This document shows, in pieces, positions 56,442 to 64,000 of a DNA stretch of 64,000 bases. A program made the position numbers and the translations under genes. Origin of the DNA: Candidatus Latescibacterota bacterium (lineage in GTDB: Bacteria; Latescibacterota; UBA2968); NCBI GenBank assembly GCA_965205975.1, contig OZ242195.1, positions 5,024,001 to 5,088,000 on the forward strand. The letters are read 5' to 3'. A model generated the notes under the pieces. The model saw nothing but the letters and a program-made list of their open reading frames with translations. It was not told the DNA's origin and made no database searches. Numbering within the stretch: the stretch's first letter is position 1; every line of letters starts with the position of its first letter.

Positions 56442-57578
56442 ATGCCAAGAACCATGTTGGGACGAGTTGTCGGTTTTTCGAGGGCTTTGCACAGTGCAGG
56501 CGTTGAAGTCAATGCGGGCAATCTCATCGATTTGTGCGATAGTTTTCAATATATCAGTCTGCACAATCGAAGCGATTTTTATGCTGCTGCGCGGGCAACA
56601 CTGGTGTCGCGCTATGACGATCTGGAGACTTTTGACGAGGTTTTCAGGGCTTTCTGGGCGCGGCCGATTTTGCCCGACGATATGACGCTGACCGATACTG
56701 ATGCCGGCGGAGATCCGGATCTCGATGTTCAGGCAGATGTCAATGAGGTAGTGGATACCGCAGATTTGCAGGAAGAGGCCGAAGGGGAGGGCGAGTCCGA
56801 GGAGGTTGGGTATAGTCCCGATGAGGCGTTGATGGGAAAAGATCTGGCGGCAATGTCCGATCGCGAGATTGAGCAGGCTCGAAAGGTGATCCACGAAATT
56901 GTGAATATCATTGCCAATCGCCGCAGTCGCAGGCGCGTGCCGGAGAATCGGGGGGCTGAACTGGATTTCAGGCGTACATGGCGGCGCAATGCGCTGTATG
57001 GTTCTGATGGTGTGGAATTGATGATGAAGCGGCGGCGCATCAAAAAGACCAAGCTGATGTTGTTGTGTGATGTGAGCGGATCTATGGATTGTTATAGCCG
57101 CTTTCTAATCCGCTTTATCTACGCGCTCAAGCGCGAAATCCGAGATGTGGAGGTCGGGGTGTTTTCCACGCGGATGACCGCAATTTCGCGACTGCTCAAA
57201 ACAAAAGGCATTGAAGAATCACTTGTAGAAGTGGCTGATACAGTACACGACTGGGCGGGTGGAACAGATATTGGCGGGTGTTTGCGCGAGTTTAACGACC
57301 AGTTTGCGCGCGATATGCTGCACTCGCGCACTGTGATGATTATTGTGAGCGATGGCTGGGATCGGGGCGATCCCGATTTGATGCGACAAGAGATGGCGCG
57401 TTTGCGAAAGCGCGTGCATAAATTGATGTGGCTCAATCCGCTTTTGGGCACGCCGGGATATCAGCCCCTGTGTTTGGGGATGAAGACAGCACTTCCCTAT
57501 TTGGATTATTTTTTACCCGCACACAATCTGGAGAGTTTGATTCAATTGGCCCGAACACTGCGGTCCGTTTGGAAGTAG
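56442..57578 (+). CDS. coxE: VWA domain protein (CoxE-like)
   Basis: LDFRRT.RR, MIDAS motif LCDVSGSM, WAGGTDIG, SDGWDRG, WLNPL, ALPYLD.FLPAHNL.SL. Confidence 0.88.
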   Translation: MPRTMLGRVVGFSRALHSAGVEVNAGNLIDLCDSFQYISLHNRSDFYAAARATLVSRYDDLETFDEVFRAFWARPILPDDMTLTDTDAGGDPDLDVQADVNEVVDTADLQEEAEGEGESEEVGYSPDEALMGKDLAAMSDREIEQARKVIHEIVNIIANRRSRRRVPENRGAELDFRRTWRRNALYGSDGVELMMKRRRIKKTKLMLLCDVSGSMDCYSRFLIRFIYALKREIRDVEVGVFSTRMTAISRLLKTKGIEESLVEVADTVHDWAGGTDIGGCLREFNDQFARDMLHSRTVMIIVSDGWDRGDPDLMRQEMARLRKRVHKLMWLNPLLGTPGYQPLCLGMKTALPYLDYFLPAHNLESLIQLARTLRSVWK

Positions 57579-57587
57579 GGGGATGTT

Positions 57588-58679
57588 ATGGCTGGTCAAG
57601 ATGTTTTTCAAGAGGCGTTGGCTCTGGTTTTACAGGGCGAAAAAGCCGCCTTATCGACAATTGTGTCGAGCAAGGGGTCTTTGCCGATGAGTAAAAAGGC
57701 CAAGATGCTCGTGCGTCCCGATGGCAAAATTATAGGTACGGTGGGCGGCGGATGTTTGGAAGCCGATGTGTGGGCCGAAGCCCGTCATGTGATGGAAACC
57801 GAAGCACCGACTTTGCAGAAGTTTATTTTGACGGAGAAACACGCGGGCGAAAATGGCCTCAATTGCGGCGGCAATGTCGAGATTTTTACCGAGCCTCTGT
57901 TGCCCGGTCGCGCAGATGATATGCTCGGCGATATTGCTCGGGTTCGCAAAGTGCGCGGTTCGGCCGTGTTGGCAACGCTGGTTTCGGGCGGCGATCAGGT
58001 GGGCGCGAAGTTATTGGTACATCCCGATGGCAGGACGGTGGGGAGCCTGGGCCATGACCTTGCCGAAGCATGTGTGAGGGAAGAGGTGGTGGCTTTTAAG
58101 GCGATTCCAGAGAGTTTGCTCAAAGTTATAAAGATCGGCTCGGAACCCGTTGTGGTCTTTTTGGAATCTATTTGTCCCGAGCCCACGCTGTTTTTGTTTG
58201 GTGGGGGGCATGTGTCCTTTGCCATCGCGCAGATCGCGCATTCGGTTGGGTTTCGGATTGTGGTTATTGACGACCGGCCTATGTTTGCCAACAAAGAGCG
58301 GTTTCCCATGGCGAGTGAAACGCTGACGCTGGAGATGGAGACGGCTTTTGATCATATAGTTATTGATGATTTGTCTTATGTGGTGGCTGTGACGCGCGGG
58401 CATCAGCACGACAAACCGATCATTGAGCAGGCGATTAATACCCAGGCGGCGTATGTCGGTATGATTGGCAGCCGTCGCAAGATCGCGCTGATGTGGAAAG
58501 AGTTTGAAGCCAAAGGTATTCTGAGAGAAAAATTGGATGCGGTTCACGCGCCGATTGGATTGGATATCGGTGCAGATACACCCGAAGAAATTGCCGTGAG
58601 TATTGTGTCAGAACTTATTCAGGTGCGCCGATCACAGGGAAAGCCCATTCATCAGGGTATGTCGCTGTCATCGGTGTGA
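57588..58679 (+). CDS. xdhC: XdhC/CoxI family molybdenum cofactor insertion chaperone
   Basis: GTVGGGCLEA, GLNCGG, FGGGHV, VIDDR, TRGH.HD, YVGMIGSRRK, HAPIGLDIGADTPEEIAVSI. Confidence 0.9.
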   Translation: MAGQDVFQEALALVLQGEKAALSTIVSSKGSLPMSKKAKMLVRPDGKIIGTVGGGCLEADVWAEARHVMETEAPTLQKFILTEKHAGENGLNCGGNVEIFTEPLLPGRADDMLGDIARVRKVRGSAVLATLVSGGDQVGAKLLVHPDGRTVGSLGHDLAEACVREEVVAFKAIPESLLKVIKIGSEPVVVFLESICPEPTLFLFGGGHVSFAIAQIAHSVGFRIVVIDDRPMFANKERFPMASETLTLEMETAFDHIVIDDLSYVVAVTRGHQHDKPIIEQAINTQAAYVGMIGSRRKIALMWKEFEAKGILREKLDAVHAPIGLDIGADTPEEIAVSIVSELIQVRRSQGKPIHQGMSLSSV

Positions 58680-58732
58680 GGTAAATGACTTATTGTCGGG
58701 GGAGAACAAGGAGGTGACGCAAGCGACATAGT

Positions 58733-58747
58733 TGTAAACGATTTACG
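58733..58747. promoter_or_regulatory. LacI/GalR-type operator upstream of TonB-dependent receptor
   Basis: TGTAAACGATTTACG: GTAAA/TTTAC arms around a central CG, like LacI-family sites. Confidence 0.5.
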
Positions 58748-58818
58748 TGAGGAAGGATGAATGAGAGGCGCGTGTCTTTAAGTCTGGTTTTCGAAATTAT
58801 TTCTGAAGGGAGTTAACC

Positions 58819-61707
58819 ATGACAAGATGGATAATCGCACTTGTTGCGATGTCGTTTTTATCCGCATCGGCGATGGCCGGGGTGACGGGTAAAATTGCGG
58901 GTCAGATTGTTGACAAAGATGACGGTGGCGGATTGCCCGGTGCCAATGTGGTGGTTCTAGGGCTGCACAGTGTCTTTGGTGCGACATCAGATCCCGAAGG
59001 CAATTTTGTGATTTTGAATGTGCCGGCAGGCACTTATGACGTAAAATGCAGCTTTATCGGATATCGTGACGTGGTGCTTAAGGGCATCAAGGTGTTGCCC
59101 GATTTGACCACCGAAGTAGATTTTGTACTTACAGAACAAGTTCTGGAAGCCGAAGCTATCGAAGTGGTGGCGGAGCGCCCGCTGGTACAGAAAGACAAGA
59201 CCAGTTCAATGCGCCTCGTAACCAGCGAAGAACTCGAATATATGCCGGTTCGCGGGTATGCAGCGGCTACATCCTTGCAGGCGGGTGTGACGAGTCGGAA
59301 CGGCACACTTTATATACGCGGTGGGCGGTTTTCAGAAGTCGATTACATTGTTGATGGCGTGTCGCAGAAGGATTTGCAATTTGGCTCATCAACCACGACG
59401 CTGAGCAATGGTGCTATAGATCAGGTATCTGTGATTGTGGGTGGGTTTGAAGCGGAGTACGGGCGCGTGATGTCGGGCGTTGTCAAGGTGGTGACGCGCG
59501 AAGGCGGGCAGAACTATTCGGGGTCTGTGGAACATATCACCGATGAAATGAATGACCGCAGTTGGGCTGGTGCGCCCTCTTATGGGTATAACACTACCGA
59601 TGCGACATTTGGTGGTCCACTCATTCCCGGGACGAACGGGCCTTCGTTTTTTGTTTCTGGGGAACGCATTGATCGCCTTGACCGCAGCCCGCGCTGGGGG
59701 GTGGAAGTCCACGAGTGGGAAAAAGACCTGTTGTCACAGGAAGATTACGATTTGCTCAGCGAGGGCATCTTGCCGCATTATACGCTCGAGAGATGGGGCT
59801 GGCAGGGCAAGCTGTCGTATCGGTTGTCCGACGAAATCGGTTTGAAAGCCGGAATTGTAGGCTCAAAAACGGATCGTTTGAGCTATAGTCACACCTATCG
59901 CTATAATTTGCGACATGCGCCGCGTGTAAAAAGAGATAACTATTCGGCATTTGCCCGCGTGACCTATACGCTCGGTGCAAAGACCTTCTTCACCTTGCAA
60001 ACAAGCATGTTCGACCAGAATTTCAAGGGGGGTGATGGGGTTCATTTCGACAATTTGCACGACTATGCCCGTCCCCAGGGCAATCCGCGTTATGATGCGG
60101 AAAGTTTGTTTGCACGCGGCGATGTGGATTCCACCGAGATTATGCGGACAACGGAAACCATCAATGATCTCTCTATAACGTATTTTGAAGGCGATGAGGG
60201 GCGCATATATAATAGCTTTGAGCAAAGTAGTTCATTTTATCTTACGCCTATCGACTTTGATTTGACCAGCCAGATTAGCCGCAATCACCAGTTTAAGCTC
60301 GGTTTTGACGTGCAGATGCATCGGTTGCGTTATTATCGTCATCTGGTCCCCAGTTTGATCTTTCGCGGTCCATTTGTCAGCCCAGACGACAGGGGTGGCT
60401 TTCAGGATGTGAATCGCTATGGGTATGATTACGATTGGAATAAGCAGGTAATTGTGCCTCTGGACACGGCCCGCGACGCGCTAAAAGAGCCTATTTTGGC
60501 CTCTTTTTACGTGCAAGACAAGATGGAATACGACGGATTGATTATCAATGCGGGCATTCGGTACGATTATTTGAATGCGAGTACCGATGTGCTGGCCAAT
60601 GAAGCCGTGCCACTGGGTGGCGATTCCACGCTGGATCCGTCGGATCTGGCGGGCAACAGCGTGTATCACAAAATTAGCCCGCGCCTGGGGGTTGGGTTTC
60701 CCGTTACAGACAAGACCGTATTTCACATGAACTACGGTATTTTTTACCAGCAACCCAAGCTGGAAGACCTGTATGTTGGTCTGGATTATCTGGAATACAA
60801 AGCGCCTTTGGGGGGTTATTATTTCGCCTTTGGCAATCCGAATCTCAAACCGGAAAAAACCACGGCTTATGAAGTGGGTGTGGTACAGCAGGTGGGCGGT
60901 CATGCCAGCGTCGATGTCACTGCTTATTACAAAGCTGTGGAAAACCTCGTCCAGGTGACGACAATTCCGTCTGATCCCGCAGCCTTTGCCTCGTTCCGCA
61001 ACACCGACTACGGAACCATCAAGGGGCTGGACTTTGGTTTGTTGATGCGTCGTATAGGGCGCACGACAGCACGTCTGTCTTATTCTCTATCTTATGCGAC
61101 GGGCACGGGATCATCGCCACAAACCCAGCGGCGGATCGCCTGGACATTCCAACCCGGCGTGACCGAGCCGCCCAAAACGACTTCACCGCTCGACTTTGAT
61201 CAACGCCACAAAATTTCGGCATCTATCGACTATCGCTTTGTAGATAAAGATGGCCCGAGGTTCCTGGGTGGTCAGCCGCTGTCTAATGCTGGGATCAATG
61301 TGTTGTTCACTGCCGGGAGTGGGTTCCCCTATACCCCCACGTTTACGTATAATGAAGTGACTACAGGGGCTTCTTCGTCGCGTCCTTCGGGACCGGTGAA
61401 TTCCAGCTATGGTCCCTGGACGTTCAGGACCGATTTAAAGGCGAATAAGCGTTTCAAAATTGTAGGACTTCAGGGCGACATATACGTCTGGGTGCTCAAT
61501 TTGTTCAACCGCGCCAATGCAACCAGTCCCGTGTATTCGAGCACGGGCAGCCCAATGACTTCGGGCTGGTTGAATACAGGCGAAGGCCGCAAATTTGTGG
61601 AGCGCTTTGGTCAACTGGGTGAAGACAAATACAAGCTCAAAGAGAACAGCCCATTCAACTTTGGCACGCCGCGGCAGGTTCGCTTCGGACTCGCGCTCAG
61701 CTTCTAA
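58819..61707 (+). CDS. TonB-dependent receptor with N-terminal carboxypeptidase-regulatory-like domain
   Basis: Signal peptide; TGKIAG.IVD...LPGANV, IRGGR..EV.YIVDG, GGFEAEYG..MSGVV, ISPRLG, GNPNLKPEKT.AYE, PRQVRFGLALSF (C-terminal Phe). Confidence 0.93.
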   Translation: MTRWIIALVAMSFLSASAMAGVTGKIAGQIVDKDDGGGLPGANVVVLGLHSVFGATSDPEGNFVILNVPAGTYDVKCSFIGYRDVVLKGIKVLPDLTTEVDFVLTEQVLEAEAIEVVAERPLVQKDKTSSMRLVTSEELEYMPVRGYAAATSLQAGVTSRNGTLYIRGGRFSEVDYIVDGVSQKDLQFGSSTTTLSNGAIDQVSVIVGGFEAEYGRVMSGVVKVVTREGGQNYSGSVEHITDEMNDRSWAGAPSYGYNTTDATFGGPLIPGTNGPSFFVSGERIDRLDRSPRWGVEVHEWEKDLLSQEDYDLLSEGILPHYTLERWGWQGKLSYRLSDEIGLKAGIVGSKTDRLSYSHTYRYNLRHAPRVKRDNYSAFARVTYTLGAKTFFTLQTSMFDQNFKGGDGVHFDNLHDYARPQGNPRYDAESLFARGDVDSTEIMRTTETINDLSITYFEGDEGRIYNSFEQSSSFYLTPIDFDLTSQISRNHQFKLGFDVQMHRLRYYRHLVPSLIFRGPFVSPDDRGGFQDVNRYGYDYDWNKQVIVPLDTARDALKEPILASFYVQDKMEYDGLIINAGIRYDYLNASTDVLANEAVPLGGDSTLDPSDLAGNSVYHKISPRLGVGFPVTDKTVFHMNYGIFYQQPKLEDLYVGLDYLEYKAPLGGYYFAFGNPNLKPEKTTAYEVGVVQQVGGHASVDVTAYYKAVENLVQVTTIPSDPAAFASFRNTDYGTIKGLDFGLLMRRIGRTTARLSYSLSYATGTGSSPQTQRRIAWTFQPGVTEPPKTTSPLDFDQRHKISASIDYRFVDKDGPRFLGGQPLSNAGINVLFTAGSGFPYTPTFTYNEVTTGASSSRPSGPVNSSYGPWTFRTDLKANKRFKIVGLQGDIYVWVLNLFNRANATSPVYSSTGSPMTSGWLNTGEGRKFVERFGQLGEDKYKLKENSPFNFGTPRQVRFGLALSF

Positions 61708-61722
61708 ATGGGAGATCAGGAC

Positions 61723-64000
61723 ATGAAAAGCTTTTTGAATATTTTGACACTAACTTTGATGAGCGTGAGCATGGCTGGCATTGCGCTGGCTGTATCGCCC
61801 TCGCAAAAGCCGCGATTGGGTAAAATTAGTACTGATCAATTCTTCGATGTGAACAATATCTCAATGAGAGTGACAAACCAGGGATCATTTGCCTTTGATC
61901 CCGCGACCGGGGGGCCGGGCCTTGAATTTCCCAAGGGTACGGGTAAAACCGCGGTCTATGCCGCCGGTCCGTGGATTGCGGGCAAGGTCAATGGCGAAAT
62001 CCGCGTGGCGATTGCCGAGTATTCATTTGAGTATGCGCCTGGGCCGATTTTGCCCGACGGCACACCTGCCGATCCGGAACCTGACCGCTATCGCGTGTAT
62101 AAGATCAACAGAGGCGATGGCTCGGAAAACCCGGATTACGCGCAGTGGCCGGTTGAAGACGGCGCGCCGGTCAATCCCGACGGCACGCCGATGGTCCTGG
62201 GCGATCAGACCTTATGGGCGGTGTATAACGATGCCGATCCCGGCGTTCACGCCAATATGCAGACCGCGCCTTTGGGTCTTGAAATACAGCAGACGACATT
62301 TGGGTTCGACCGCACAGGTCCGCTGGGCAATGTGGTGTTCGTCAAATTTTTGATTATCAACAAAGGTGGCAATACCATCGATAGCACTTATGTGTCGATT
62401 TGGTCTGATCCCGATCTGGGGCAGTTCGATAACGATCTGGTGGGCTGTGATGTGGAGACCAGCTTTGGGTTTTGCTATAACGGATCAAACGTAGATGCGC
62501 AGTATGGTTCTTCGCCTCCGGCCGTAGGATATGACTTTTTCAAGGGTCCGATTGGCGATGACGGTGTGGAATTGCCCATGACGTCGTTTAATAAATATAT
62601 CAATGGCACGGATCCTCGTACTGCATTAGAGACCTATAATTATATGAAAGGCCTTGACCCGGACGGTGGCGTGGCCGATCACACCGATCCAATTACGGGT
62701 CAGGTGAAGGCATTTATGGTCGATGGAGATCCGGTTACAGGTACGGGCTGGCTTGACGAAAACCCGGCTGACCGCCGCTTGATGCTCACGGCAGGGCCGT
62801 TTACCTTTGCGCCCGGCGATACGCAGGAAGTGGTGGGTGCCATTATTATAGGACAAGGTCAGGATCGTCTCACGTCGATTACGGCTGCACGTTTTAACGA
62901 TACATTTGCACAATCGGCTTTTGATGCCAATTTTGAATTGCCATCGCCCCCGCCCGCACCCAAAGTATCCGTGGGGGTAACGGGCGATCACCGGGGCAAT
63001 GGCAGAATTCAGTTGACCTGGGGTAATGACTCAGAAGTCGCTTCGGGCGATTATGCATTTGAAGGTTATAATGTGTACCAGGGCGAGTCGGTCGCTGGTC
63101 CCTGGCGGCGTCTTTTGACTTATGACGTGGTCAATGGTTCGGCCATTATTTTTGATAATGAGTTTGATGAAAGTGCCGGTGTGGTGGTCAACTCGCCCGT
63201 GCAATTTGGCGGCGACTCGGGTATTCGGCGCTTTATCGAACTTACCGAGGATAAAATTTCGGGCGGTAGGCTGGTGACGGGGAAAACCTATTATTTTGCA
63301 GTGACGGCCTATTCGTTGAATGAGAACAGGTCGCCCAGAACGCTCGAGACATCCATCACACCTCTGGCCGATGGACGCATGACGTTTAAGCCTCTTTCGG
63401 ATGAGATGATTCCGGCCAATGGCATTGTGCCGCGCGGCCCCACTGCGGGTACGCGATTCAATACCGTGGAGGTGGATAGTGTCGTAGAGCATACATCGGG
63501 TGTAAGCGATGGTATTGTGGCTGTGGAGGTGGTTGACGATACACGGGTTACGGGCGCGTCTTACGAAGTGCGCTTCCGCGATACCGAGGCCGGAACAGTG
63601 TGGGATCTGGTCAATCTATCGAGTGGTCAGGCCGTGCTTTCAGATATGGAGCAGCACGCAAATATAGATGATGCGATTACCAATCCGATTGTCGAGGGTT
63701 TGCTCGTGCGCGTCACCGGTCCTCCTCTCGGCATGAAAGATTGGGATATTCCATCGGGCGAGCGGTGGATAACCCCGGCGAATACCAGACCCGATTTGGC
63801 TGGTTTTTCTACTGAAGGCTTCGGAGGTGGGATAACGGGCGATGTTGCCCATAGTTGGTTTGGTCCCACGAGCGTGTCGCCTTCGCAGTTGGTCAATGTG
63901 GAATTGCGATTTACGAATGTGATTGAAGATGATGGCGAAGATCAGTACAAACCCCTTGATCTGACAAATTCCAATGTGTCGTGGGGATATCGGTATTTGC
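61723..64000 (+). CDS. Large secreted hypothetical protein, TonB-receptor partner type (3'-truncated; absent from ORF track)
   Basis: ATG 61723 with GGAG/AGGA SD; MKSFLNILTLTLMSVSMAGIALA signal, then DVNNISMRVTNQG..GLEFPKGTGKTAVYAAG.W, GDQTLW.VYND, PLGLEIQQT, WSDPDLG..NDLVGCD, DRRLML.AGPFT.APGDTQE, PSPPPAP, FEGYNVYQ, YYFAVTAY (Fn3-like); frame stays open to the window end. Confidence 0.85.
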   Translation, partial: MKSFLNILTLTLMSVSMAGIALAVSPSQKPRLGKISTDQFFDVNNISMRVTNQGSFAFDPATGGPGLEFPKGTGKTAVYAAGPWIAGKVNGEIRVAIAEYSFEYAPGPILPDGTPADPEPDRYRVYKINRGDGSENPDYAQWPVEDGAPVNPDGTPMVLGDQTLWAVYNDADPGVHANMQTAPLGLEIQQTTFGFDRTGPLGNVVFVKFLIINKGGNTIDSTYVSIWSDPDLGQFDNDLVGCDVETSFGFCYNGSNVDAQYGSSPPAVGYDFFKGPIGDDGVELPMTSFNKYINGTDPRTALETYNYMKGLDPDGGVADHTDPITGQVKAFMVDGDPVTGTGWLDENPADRRLMLTAGPFTFAPGDTQEVVGAIIIGQGQDRLTSITAARFNDTFAQSAFDANFELPSPPPAPKVSVGVTGDHRGNGRIQLTWGNDSEVASGDYAFEGYNVYQGESVAGPWRRLLTYDVVNGSAIIFDNEFDESAGVVVNSPVQFGGDSGIRRFIELTEDKISGGRLVTGKTYYFAVTAYSLNENRSPRTLETSITPLADGRMTFKPLSDEMIPANGIVPRGPTAGTRFNTVEVDSVVEHTSGVSDGIVAVEVVDDTRVTGASYEVRFRDTEAGTVWDLVNLSSGQAVLSDMEQHANIDDAITNPIVEGLLVRVTGPPLGMKDWDIPSGERWITPANTRPDLAGFSTEGFGGGITGDVAHSWFGPTSVSPSQLVNVELRFTNVIEDDGEDQYKPLDLTNSNVSWGYRYL

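Noticed and set aside
55522..58679. CO dehydrogenase locus
   Set aside because: Only accessory genes are present; no coxL/M/S in the window.
61889..63896. Short ORFs listed in the track at the window end
   Set aside because: Superseded by the single open plus-strand frame from 61723 that lacks a stop within the window.

Overview
A gene-dense bacterial chromosomal window of roughly 50% GC by eye, with about 49 CDSs and no rRNA, tRNA, CRISPR array or transposase that I could recognise. The gene content (three sulfatases, a dockerin/EF-hand-tagged secreted protein, a TonB receptor followed by a large FCB-type partner) suggests an FCB-superphylum organism such as Latescibacterota or Gemmatimonadota; this is inference only. 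In order: the 3' end of a type III restriction (Res) gene; pectate lyase; sulfatase; DUF2064 glycosyltransferase, sugar ABC transporter and MATE; a ~13 kb metal-homeostasis island; assorted catabolic enzymes including an amidohydrolase-fold + Rieske ferredoxin pair; speD; a 2-phosphoglycerate kinase-like gene; two more sulfatases; a K+ channel; a TolC/MFP/RND cassette flanked by a duplicated sequence; ppk1 divergent from a porin-pstSCAB-phoU cluster with 11-bp-phased Pho boxes; a Nudix-coxD-coxE-xdhC operon; and a TonB receptor plus a truncated partner gene. The best candidate for an undescribed system is in the metal island: czcCBA followed by a DUF318/SO_0444-type metal permease carrying an (HD)16 tract and fused to an HflK-like SPFH domain, then HflC-like and HflK-like genes with extra His/Cys motifs, an orphan periplasmic binding protein, a small membrane protein and a ZIP transporter, with no ftsH in the window. 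This looks like an SPFH cage repurposed around a metal transporter. Other highlights are a candidate Pho-regulated small RNA behind phoU and several insertions flanked by long direct repeats. All assignments come from reading motifs; no database searches were run.
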